The notes below the pieces were generated by a model. It was not told the DNA's origin. It ran no database searches and saw only the letters and a program-made list of their open reading frames with translations. The position numbers were made by a program, and so were the translations under genes. From Coriobacteriia bacterium (lineage in GTDB: Bacteria > Actinomycetota > Coriobacteriia > WRKU01 > WQUG01), in NCBI GenBank assembly GCA_009785795.1, contig WQVN01000003.1, forward strand, positions 1 through 61,635: DNA of 61,635 nt. Reading direction: 5' to 3'. Below, one piece after another: positions 1 through 7,796 of this stretch (position 1 is the stretch's first letter; every line of letters starts with the position of its first letter).

Positions 1-42
1 GAAATCTTCTGAAAACTCCCGTCGTTTTCTACGCTGTGTCAT
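1..42 (-). CDS. 5' end (14 codons) of a CDS that runs off the left edge; product unknown
   Basis: ATG at 42..40 is preceded by a GAAAGGAAG Shine-Dalgarno-like stretch. The frame stays open to position 1 (MTQRRKRREFSEDF). Confidence 0.25.
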   Translation of the reverse strand, partial: MTQRRKRREFSEDF

Positions 43-101
43 ACGATACTTCCTTTCTTAGACAGTTACTAGTCTACTTCTTAACTCCTTATCTTTTCTG
101 T

Positions 102-671
102 CTAGGAAAGTGTAGCCACTCCAAGACAAAGCAGTCCTGGAGAAAGGAGCGATGAAGCAAGAATAGCTAAACTTTCAATAAGCCTTGTTACTTCAAAATG
201 TTCAAGCAGAGATACAAGTCCTACTCCCACAGTGTTAAATAACAATGGTAGAGGAACTGCAAAAATTGCCAATATAATCTCAAAAACACTCGTACCTGAT
301 GAAGTTTCGACCCATGGAAATAATATTCTGCTAGCTACCATCATCACAGCTAAGATGACTGTTATTTGGGTAAGCCAAAAAACAGATAATGTTGTCCCAT
401 TTTCAGTGGGCTGCAAAAACATATAACCTGCAGCTACATAGAGAAATGTTCCGATAATAAGAGTCAAGAACACATCAAATCCTGAGAATACAGCATAGTC
501 CACTTCACGCACAAAAGCAGCCTGACGAAAAACTCCCTGCACAAAAAAGCCATATATCGCTAGTCCGGTCATCGAAAGTACTACATGAATGAAAATTGCA
601 AGCTTGTTATTCCTCTTGATTGTAGGTCGTCTTAAATTCTGTAAAAGAATTTTGCATTCTCCTCTGGACAT
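102..671 (-). CDS. small polytopic membrane protein, unknown function
   Basis: 189-aa ORF. ATG at 671 is preceded by AGGAAAGAGAG. It has several long hydrophobic segments, and I recognised no family motif. Confidence 0.6.
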   Translation of the reverse strand: MSRGECKILLQNLRRPTIKRNNKLAIFIHVVLSMTGLAIYGFFVQGVFRQAAFVREVDYAVFSGFDVFLTLIIGTFLYVAAGYMFLQPTENGTTLSVFWLTQITVILAVMMVASRILFPWVETSSGTSVFEIILAIFAVPLPLLFNTVGVGLVSLLEHFEVTRLIESLAILASSLLSPGLLCLGVATLS

Positions 672-702
672 CTAAGCTCTCTTTCCTTCAATGTGGCACT
701 CA

Positions 703-1140
703 TTAATTGCCTTTATTGTTGTTTCGTGCTCTTATTCTCAATCCTAAATACATACAAAATGGTGGCACTAGTACGGTGCTTGGCAGCATCAAGATGAGCC
801 ATTCTTCAATAGAGATAAGCCCTGACAAGTGCACGAGGCCAGAAATGACAGTCGCAACCACAGCTGACCCCATCACCGAAGCCCAAAGGTGTTTCTGGAC
901 AGGAGATAGAAGTTTGTATCCAAGATATACATACATTGCTGGTGCAATCAACACCGCAAGAAATTCAGAACCCATGCCAACCCCAAGGGGAACGGCAACC
1001 ACATATATCAGTGCAACTGTGACCATAATTACTGTGACATTAATCGCAGCCGACAGCAGATTATTGATCGTGAGTGTCTCTAGGAAGCTATCATCATTTT
1101 GCAGGTCGCTTTTCTTGACATCTTTCGCTTTGTTGTCCAT
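703..1140 (-). CDS. small polytopic membrane protein (about 4 TM), unknown function
   Basis: The ORF track starts at a TTG (1167). ATG at 1140 (MDNKAKD) has AGGAAGAG upstream and is the more likely start. A charged N-terminus is followed by about four hydrophobic helices. Confidence 0.6.
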   Translation of the reverse strand: MDNKAKDVKKSDLQNDDSFLETLTINNLLSAAINVTVIMVTVALIYVVAVPLGVGMGSEFLAVLIAPAMYVYLGYKLLSPVQKHLWASVMGSAVVATVISGLVHLSGLISIEEWLILMLPSTVLVPPFCMYLGLRIRARNNNKGN

Positions 1141-1237
1141 AAGCGTACTCTTCCTGCCTTCAGTCAATGATTACAATATTGTCTTAAATTGGTAATGCTG
1201 TAAGCAGCTCGAATGATATGTTCTAATTCTTGATTGT

Positions 1238-1548
1238 TCACTTGGCAGTCCCTGCGCCCTCTGCCTTAAGTATTGCCCAGCGCTCTTTGGGAGTAAATAG
1301 CCCAGCGAAAGGATTAATTTGCCACAGGTCATAGCCACGAATGCTCTCATCTGCAACCACTGCTTTAAGTGCAGCCTGTCATCCAGCGCTACCTGCCACT
1401 CAGAAAGGTATTTCTGCATAATATCACCAGAGATGCGCGCACGAACCTTAGGAATATTGCGCGTTGCAACCTCAACTACCAACGGATAATCGCTGTCAAT
1501 TTTTCTAAGCGTCGCTACCTTCAGCTTGTGTGAGGTGGTACTGTTCAT
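1238..1548 (-). pseudogene. small hypothetical protein gene with an apparent 1-nt frameshift
   Basis: The N-terminal half reads as ordinary protein up to ...LSEWQVALDD. After about position 1380 the tracked frame becomes implausible (Cys/His/Gln-rich tail). Another frame then reads QAALKAVVADESIRGYDLWQINPFAGLFTPKERWAILKAEGAGTAK and stops at 1238. Confidence 0.4.
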
Positions 1549-1641
1549 AAGCCCATTGTAGCAGAGCTATAATTTTTTGCTGCTTCATCACAGTACTTTG
1601 CCAAATGCATCAAAGAATCTTATATGACCTCTATGCTAGTC

Positions 1642-2778
1642 CTATTCAATAAGTTGGGCGTCTGGCACAAGCTCAGCAAATTGAGCACCACTGGACATAT
1701 AGATACTGCGTGCAATGCGATCTCGCCAAAAAGTTTCTGCGAAATGACTTAAGTCTGCCACGTTGGACACACTCCCCAATATCACTTCTACTGTCTTATC
1801 ATCATCTGCATACCCAAAGAATGTCGCGACTTCAAAGTTTACATCACTCATGGCATCCTCTAAGCCATCAAACACCATGGCTCCTGTTGTCTCTGGATCT
1901 GCTGATGGTGCACGAACGGTGATGCCTGACTGATCAGGGGTTACTCCGATGCTCAGGATTATATGTAATTCTGGACGCGCTTCGAAGATGCGTGTCTCAT
2001 AGGTCTCAATGTCAATCTCACGCTCGGTACTTGAGCGCATGACTGTTACTTCGGCATCTGCTGCTTCGAACAAAGAGGCCAGTCTGCGCGCAACATCAAA
2101 ACTGATATCGCCATGAACAGTAGTGGTGTATTGCGGCTCAATGACAACACGCAGGCTGTTTAGGCGATAATCTACCAGTTTTGCCCCACCAATGTGGGTT
2201 GCTACATACAGGATTATCGTTTCAGGATTGGCAGGGTCTTGCGGCTGCATGGCAGTACCCGCAATAGGAGTCGTCAATAGCACTGTGCCAGGCGCTGCCT
2301 CTGACTGCAATTGTCGTACCTCAACCTGCAAGCCTAAGCGCTGCAAGTCGAGTCGTGCATCACCCTGATAGCTGCCCAACACATCAGGAATCGCAAATCC
2401 TGCTACCCCTGATGACAGGGTCAACGACACAGAGTCACCTAAATTGATGCGCTCGCCAGCTGCAGGTATCTGCAAGATGACCTCTCCTGCAGGACGTGCT
2501 GAGTTACGAGTCCCTGCAGTAAAGGCATAAAGACCTGCTTCCTCTAAAGTCGCAAGTGCCGTAGCTTCTGGCATGCCTTCGATGTCTGGCACTGTCGTAT
2601 GTGCGTGCGCCCAAGAAGCAATCGAAATGTAGCAGACAATGCAGGCAACAGAGAGTGTCCATAGCAGCAGACGTACCACCATCTCGGGAGGTAATAGCCT
2701 ATCACGAACAGGTCGTTCCCGCTCAAGTGCAGGAACGCGCAGTAAGTCTGCCTTGCTATATGCGCGCTGCTCAATCAT
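1642..2778 (-). CDS. membrane-anchored protein with two PASTA domains and a C-terminal amidase_3-like domain that lacks the usual zinc ligands
   Basis: There is an N-terminal TM helix (LLLWTLSVACIVCYISIASWA). Two PASTA-like units follow (VPDIEGMPEATALATLEEAGL..., IPDVLGSYQGDARLDLQRLGL...). The C-terminal part follows the amidase_3 layout, but QYT replaces HGG and SIG replaces SiH. Confidence 0.7.
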   Translation of the reverse strand: MIEQRAYSKADLLRVPALERERPVRDRLLPPEMVVRLLLWTLSVACIVCYISIASWAHAHTTVPDIEGMPEATALATLEEAGLYAFTAGTRNSARPAGEVILQIPAAGERINLGDSVSLTLSSGVAGFAIPDVLGSYQGDARLDLQRLGLQVEVRQLQSEAAPGTVLLTTPIAGTAMQPQDPANPETIILYVATHIGGAKLVDYRLNSLRVVIEPQYTTTVHGDISFDVARRLASLFEAADAEVTVMRSSTEREIDIETYETRIFEARPELHIILSIGVTPDQSGITVRAPSADPETTGAMVFDGLEDAMSDVNFEVATFFGYADDDKTVEVILGSVSNVADLSHFAETFWRDRIARSIYMSSGAQFAELVPDAQLIE

Positions 2779-2830
2779 GATGCTCTAAGTGTACTCTATG
2801 AAGCGGTCTTTGTCGCTTTTGCTTTTTGTC

Positions 2831-3751
2831 CTAGTAGATACTTTTGATGTAGCGGATGCTTTTTGTCGCGCAATCAAAAATCACTGAGTTTGCGCGATTG
2901 CCATCCCCTACGCCATGCAGCAACTCGCCGTCAGTAATGCCTGTTGCGACAAAAACGGCTTCGTCACTGCGGACTAGATCGTCGCGCTGTAGGGGTGCAT
3001 CAATGTCGAGTTCTGCAGTAGCAAGTGCGCGAGCACGCTCGCTGTCATTGCGGAACAGGAACCTTCCCTGAAAGCCGCCGCCAACACAGCGCATAGCTGT
3101 TGCGGCAAGCACGCCTTCTGGTGCTGCCCCGCTGCCCATGTACAGGTCGGTGCCTGTGCCATCAAGAGCAGTAGCAATAACTGCAAAAATGTCACCATCA
3201 CCAATTAAGCGCACACGTGCACCTGCTTCACGCACCGCAGCGATCTTGTCTGCATTGCGCTCGCGGTTCAGGAAGCAGACGGTAAGGTCTTCGACTGCCA
3301 TGCCCAACGCTGCAGCAACTGCCTGGCAATTATCTTGTGGACGCGCATCGATATCAATAACATCTGCTGCCGCAGGTCCTGCAGCAATCTTTTCCATATA
3401 AGTATCGGGAGCATACAGCAGTGCACCGCGAGGTGCCCACGCCATCACCGCAAGCGAATTTGGCTGAGAGTAGGCACACATATTGGTACCCTCTACGGGA
3501 TCTACCGCAATGTCGATTTCTTCGCCACCAGTGCCCACTTCTTCACCAATAAACAGCATGGGAGCTTCATCGCGCTCGCCTTCGCCAATGACAACACGAC
3601 CGCTGATTGGTAGCTGATTTAACACTTCGCGCATGGCAGCCACCGCTGCCCCATCAGCAGTTTTTTTCTGACCTCTGCCGACCCACTTTCCTGCGGCAAA
3701 AGCAGCAGCCTCGGTAACAGCAACCATCTGATTGATTCTAACCTGATTCAT
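2831..3751 (-). CDS. glpX: fructose-1,6-bisphosphatase class II
   Basis: Full-length GlpX-like sequence (VTEAAAFAAGKWVGRG, DPVEGT, GDGD). ATG at 3751 is preceded by AGGAAGAGGAG. The longer ORF-track start at 3835 looks non-coding. Confidence 0.9.
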   Translation of the reverse strand: MNQVRINQMVAVTEAAAFAAGKWVGRGQKKTADGAAVAAMREVLNQLPISGRVVIGEGERDEAPMLFIGEEVGTGGEEIDIAVDPVEGTNMCAYSQPNSLAVMAWAPRGALLYAPDTYMEKIAAGPAAADVIDIDARPQDNCQAVAAALGMAVEDLTVCFLNRERNADKIAAVREAGARVRLIGDGDIFAVIATALDGTGTDLYMGSGAAPEGVLAATAMRCVGGGFQGRFLFRNDSERARALATAELDIDAPLQRDDLVRSDEAVFVATGITDGELLHGVGDGNRANSVIFDCATKSIRYIKSIY

Positions 3752-3861
3752 GTTCTCCTCTTCCTTAGGCGCGCGGCAAAGTGACCGTCTGGTCCATTTG
3801 ACTTCGGCAACGCCTGTAAGTATCCTTCTGCACAAATGTCATTTACAAACACTGATGCAAG

Positions 3862-5148
3862 CTAACTTTTTTGGACAGGCTCTACCTGAAAGCCCTGTCC
3901 CGTTGGCGTTTTGAGAAACGCTGCAATTACTTCTGAGTTCTCTTCCCTGTTAATTGTACATGTTGCAAAGAGCAGCGTGCCATCATCTGCCACAAGCTGT
4001 GCCGACCAGCTAAGCATCTGCAAGCTTAACCGTGCAAGTTGTGGAATGTCTGCAGACTTTAGCTTCCAGCGCTTATCACTTGCGCGACGCAGGGTACCAA
4101 GTCCCGAACAGGGCGCATCGACCAGCACAGTATCAAAGGATGGATGAACGTTTTGCCGCTCCATGATGCCTGCTGCAGAATGCTTTGTCACATCTGCTGT
4201 GATGTAGCGAACTTCACGCACACCATATTCATCTGCAGTTCTTTGTGCGAGCTTTGTCTTAAAGTCATGCAAGTCAACACCTGTGATGCGTGCAGGCCCA
4301 CCCAGTTTGCGTGCTGCAGCAGCAAGAGCAAGTGACTTTGTGCCACGCCCACTGCCAACTTCAAGAATAGACTGATCGGGGCGGGCCTGACACAGAGCAA
4401 CGACTTGCTGTGCTGCAAGATCCATTGCAGTAAATGACTTACGTTGGTCTGCTGGCAATGCCCAAAACGCACTACGATCATGAATTAGTACCGCACCTGC
4501 AAGACCAGCATCTTCCCAGCTGATGCCCGCTGCATCAAGTATTGCCAGTGATTGCTTTTCCGACTGCAAGAAAGGTAAGTGTGCCACATAGAGCGGTGCC
4601 GGCTCATTATTGACTGCCATAATGTCGCCTGCTGTCTGCACGCCATATTCGCTGCGCAGCAGTTCTGCCATCCATACAGGATGACCATAAAGACGTGCCT
4701 GCGCTACAACATCTGTCAGAGGATTACCGCCAGGAAAAATGTCTGTTGCACGTTGTGACAGGCGACGCAGTACCGCATTCGCAAGGCCATTATATGTCTT
4801 TGATTGCGTAGCAAAGCGCACCATTTCTACGCCTTGGTCTACGACCACATAAGGCTCTGTACCCTCGAAAAATAGTTCATAGGCAGCAATTGCCAGTGCG
4901 TCTTTGACCTCGTCAGGAGTCGATTCAGGACGACTTAATTCTGCTGCCACCAGTTCATCTAGTGTTCCCCGTGTCGCAATTGTGCCAAAGCTTAGGCGCG
5001 TGGCAAACGCCTTATCGCGCGGTGATACCTTCATCTTTGCACCTACTTGCTGTAGGACGCTTTGCATGGTCTCTGCAGCATATGACTGGCGATCGCGAAC
5101 GCGTCGCACAACCTTTAGTGCAATCTTTCGTCCCTGGCTTAGTCCCAC
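3862..5148 (-). CDS. rsmB: 16S rRNA (cytosine967-C5)-methyltransferase
   Basis: NusB-like N-terminus plus a SAM methyltransferase core with DAPCSGLGTLRR. It sits downstream of fmt, as in the usual def-fmt-rsmB order. Confidence 0.85.
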   Translation of the reverse strand: MGLSQGRKIALKVVRRVRDRQSYAAETMQSVLQQVGAKMKVSPRDKAFATRLSFGTIATRGTLDELVAAELSRPESTPDEVKDALAIAAYELFFEGTEPYVVVDQGVEMVRFATQSKTYNGLANAVLRRLSQRATDIFPGGNPLTDVVAQARLYGHPVWMAELLRSEYGVQTAGDIMAVNNEPAPLYVAHLPFLQSEKQSLAILDAAGISWEDAGLAGAVLIHDRSAFWALPADQRKSFTAMDLAAQQVVALCQARPDQSILEVGSGRGTKSLALAAAARKLGGPARITGVDLHDFKTKLAQRTADEYGVREVRYITADVTKHSAAGIMERQNVHPSFDTVLVDAPCSGLGTLRRASDKRWKLKSADIPQLARLSLQMLSWSAQLVADDGTLLFATCTINREENSEVIAAFLKTPTGQGFQVEPVQKS

Positions 5149-6230
5149 TGCAAGCCTTCCTTAACGCCCTTAAAGCCGTTCAGCCAATCTGCTGCAGACA
5201 TTGCTCGCTTGTTGTCTGGCTTGACAGTAAGCAGTTCAACACTGCCATCTGCACAGCCCAGAATCACATGACGCTTACCTTGTTGTTTAATTATTTGCAC
5301 CGTGCCTTGTGGAACTACACACATTCTTTGAGATCCTTCGACTCTATGCTGCGCACTCCGCTCAGGAATGATTTTTACCGTGCTTTCTTCTGACGGATAA
5401 GATCCTTGCCTTCGACATTCCTCGCTACGTTCAGGAATGGAATTGCATATTGCAGTACAAAGCTCAGTACTGGGAATGATGCTTGCAGCCTCAAGAATTG
5501 TTGCGCCCTGTCCTGCAATGCTTAAACGCGCAGGTGCGCTTTCGCTGCTTGCTCGTACGCGCCTAATGAAGTCTACCGTGTGCAATTCTGGTGATAGCCT
5601 TAGTTCACTCTTTTCAATTTTATGTGCGTAGGTAACTGCAACTTCGTCTTGTGTTGTCCACTGTGCGCTGTCTCCCAGCAAGGCAGGCAGATTGTCAAAC
5701 AACAACTGCCCACCCATATCTGCGAGCTCACAATGTAATTCTGTCGCTGTTTTTTCTCCGATATCAGTACTCACAATAGCACAGTAAGGACCTGTATCCA
5801 GACCTTCTTCCATTTGCATGATGCTGACACCAATTTGCATATCACCTGCAAGAATTGCCCGTTCAATGGGTGCTGCTCCACGCCATCTAGGCAGTAGTGA
5901 AGCATGTACATTTACGCAGCCTCGTGGCGGAATATCAAGCACTTCTTTGGGCAATATCATGCCATAAGCCGCAACGACTATCAGGTCTGGGCACAAATCG
6001 CGCAATTGCTGCTGAGCTTCTTCATTGCGCAGAGTTTCGGGGCGAAATAGTGAAAGATTGTTTTCTATCGCAACCCTACTTACGGCACTGGGTACCACAG
6101 CCTTCCCCCGCTTTGAAATAGCATCAGGACGCGAATAGACTGCTGCAACTTCTGCAAATTTTAATGATTCAAGTAACATTTGAAGGATTCGTGCCGCAAA
6201 ATCAGGAGTACCCATAAACACTATGCGCAT
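5139..6230 (-). CDS. fmt: methionyl-tRNA formyltransferase carrying an insertion of about 45 aa in the C-terminal domain
   Basis: MRIVFMGTPDFA N-terminus and a HASLLPRWRGAAPI motif. An alternative upstream ATG at 6332 lies 2 nt after the def stop and would add 34 aa. The C-terminal domain contains the repeat-derived segment NSIPERSEECRRQGS...IIPERSAQHRVEGS. Confidence 0.9.
   Translation of the reverse strand: MRIVFMGTPDFAARILQMLLESLKFAEVAAVYSRPDAISKRGKAVVPSAVSRVAIENNLSLFRPETLRNEEAQQQLRDLCPDLIVVAAYGMILPKEVLDIPPRGCVNVHASLLPRWRGAAPIERAILAGDMQIGVSIMQMEEGLDTGPYCAIVSTDIGEKTATELHCELADMGGQLLFDNLPALLGDSAQWTTQDEVAVTYAHKIEKSELRLSPELHTVDFIRRVRASSESAPARLSIAGQGATILEAASIIPSTELCTAICNSIPERSEECRRQGSYPSEESTVKIIPERSAQHRVEGSQRMCVVPQGTVQIIKQQGKRHVILGCADGSVELLTVKPDNKRAMSAADWLNGFKGVKEGLQWD
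5332..5370. repeat. 39-nt long-form copy of the dispersed GATCCTTCG...GCTCAGGAATG repeat, inside fmt
   Basis: gatccttcgactctatgctgcgcactccgctcaggaatg. It is 32/39 identical to the copy at 53195..53233 and is translated on the minus strand as IPERSAQHRVEGS. Confidence 0.8.
5401..5439. repeat. second 39-nt long-form copy inside fmt (diverged interior)
   Basis: gatccttgccttcgacattcctcgctacgttcaggaatg. It has the same 39-nt length and conserved termini, and is 26/39 identical to 5332..5370. It is translated as IPERSEECRRQGS. Confidence 0.65.
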
Positions 6231-6334
6231 TTTTTGCGCAATAATACCTGGTCTCTCGATTCGCGAGTGATCAGTGTGCCAAGGTCGGTAGCTGGTCCCC
6301 CCTGTAAGAAAACTGTCCTGCATCAATCGCATCC

Positions 6335-6898
6335 TTACCCTACTGGCAAAGCAAAGTATTCGCGCAATGCCAGCTTTTTATCTTGATCGGACAGATGCTC
6401 GACAAAACAAATGCCATCCAAGTGGTCAATCTCGTGCTGAAAAACACGTGCAAGAAAGCCCTCTGCCTGCACAGTCGTTGGATTACCATCAACATCAAAA
6501 GCTTCGACCACAACGCTACTGTTACGTGCAACAGGACGGTACAGTCCAGGAAAAGACAAGCAGCCCTCTTCTTCTTGCAGTAACTCTTCAGAACGTTGAA
6601 CAATGCGCGGATTTATCAAGACACGCGCATCAGTACCCGTTTCACTGTCGTCATAGACAAACATCCGCTTAGGAATGCCCACCTGGATAGCGGCAAGTCC
6701 CACGCCATTTTGCGCACGCATAGCAGCAACTAAATCAGCAACAATCTGCTTTATGCTGCTTGCGTCTTCGTTGTCGAAGTCAATAGGCAGACTAAGCTGT
6801 GCCAGACGTGAATCTGGATGACTTAAAACCTGAAGTGGGTGCGCGTCTGTACATCCACGCCGTGAAGATAATCTCGCAACTGCGCCCTTAATATCCAT
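6335..6898 (-). CDS. def: peptide deformylase
   Basis: GVGLAAIQVG, EGCLSFPG and QHEIDHLDG motifs. Confidence 0.92.
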   Translation of the reverse strand: MDIKGAVARLSSRRGCTDAHPLQVLSHPDSRLAQLSLPIDFDNEDASSIKQIVADLVAAMRAQNGVGLAAIQVGIPKRMFVYDDSETGTDARVLINPRIVQRSEELLQEEEGCLSFPGLYRPVARNSSVVVEAFDVDGNPTTVQAEGFLARVFQHEIDHLDGICFVEHLSDQDKKLALREYFALPVG

Positions 6899-6939
6899 GA
6901 AGTATTCTTACTGCTTTCTGTAGATGTTTTCTGATTACG

Positions 6940-7701
6940 CTACTCGTCTGAACCAGTGTAGACTAGCGTGAGTTCGCCGTCATCTGGAATGGGAACCTCA
7001 GTGTCATTTTGCATAACTACAACGTTTTCAGGAGTATCGATTTGAATTTCTGCCAGTAGCACGTCAGAAAACGATTTGCTGCTTCCACCCAACAGTGCTC
7101 CGTCAAAGCCCAGATTGCCATCAATTTCTATCCGTACATTGCTTGCTGTCCCAGGTTCTGTTTGAATGTTCAATGAAAAGGGGGCTCGATCCTCTTCTGG
7201 CACATCTTCTGTTGCATCATTTGTTGCAACTGCACCATCCTCTGAATCTTGCTGATCATCTGCGGCTACTTCAGCAGATACGGGAGTTGCGCGCTGAGCA
7301 GCCTGAGTACCATCGCGACTCATCAGATAAATTGCGCCAACAATTATGGCAATAATAACGACAACCACTATGATGACGCGCCAGTTTATCTCGCTCTCTG
7401 GATGACGAGAACCCAGGCGCTGAGCAGATCCCGAATAGAGGTCTTCGCCTATAGTATCGCGCCTATTACTGCCTGATTGGCGCTCAAATTGTTCAAGGAA
7501 TGGCTGTGGATCAGCATCGCAAACCTTACAGTAACTTAAAATAAAACCGCGGACATATCCTGCAACAGGCAAAGCATCTAATTTGTCATCTTCTAGATTA
7601 TAAATCGCAGACTGCATAATGCGCGTACGCTGCGCAATGTCGTGGGCGCTTAAACCAGCTTCTTTTCTGGCAGCAATTAGCATATCGCCCAGACTAGTCA
7701 T
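6940..7701 (-). CDS. RodZ-like protein (XRE-type HTH, TM helix, DUF4115-like C-terminal domain)
   Basis: N-terminal HTH (LSAHDIAQRTRIMQSAIYNLE), then a TM helix (VIIVVVVIIAIIVGAIYLM), an acidic linker and a beta-rich C-terminal domain. AGGAGA lies upstream of the ATG at 7701. Confidence 0.7.
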   Translation of the reverse strand: MTSLGDMLIAARKEAGLSAHDIAQRTRIMQSAIYNLEDDKLDALPVAGYVRGFILSYCKVCDADPQPFLEQFERQSGSNRRDTIGEDLYSGSAQRLGSRHPESEINWRVIIVVVVIIAIIVGAIYLMSRDGTQAAQRATPVSAEVAADDQQDSEDGAVATNDATEDVPEEDRAPFSLNIQTEPGTASNVRIEIDGNLGFDGALLGGSSKSFSDVLLAEIQIDTPENVVVMQNDTEVPIPDDGELTLVYTGSDE

Positions 7702-7796
7702 GCGTGGCCAACTCTCCTGCGACCACCATTCAGACAGTCGGCACCTAAACCAGCTTCTTTTCTGGCATCAATTAGCATGTCGCCCAAGCCTGTCAT
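7698..7796 (-). CDS. 32-codon upstream ORF created by duplication of the rodZ-like 5' end
   Basis: The peptide is MTGLGDMLIDARKEAGLGADCLNGGRRRVGHA. Its ATG overlaps the ftsK TGA stop (ATGA). Its own TGA overlaps the rodZ-like ATG (ATGA). Whether it is translated is unknown. Confidence 0.3.
   Translation of the reverse strand: MTGLGDMLIDARKEAGLGADCLNGGRRRVGHA

Noticed and set aside
707-1195. 162-aa plus-strand ORF
   Set aside because: It is antisense to the small membrane-protein gene, which has the better start context and clear TM periodicity.
3752-3835. N-terminal extension of glpX in the ORF track. There are similar extensions for dapA (13899..14015), rnj (12995..13048), the permease (32025..32075), the adhesin (45408..45467), the ABC ATPase (50698..50739) and the adenosyltransferase (56367..56546)
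   Set aside because: In each case an internal ATG with a good Shine-Dalgarno sequence matches the conserved family N-terminus, and the extension is compositionally implausible.
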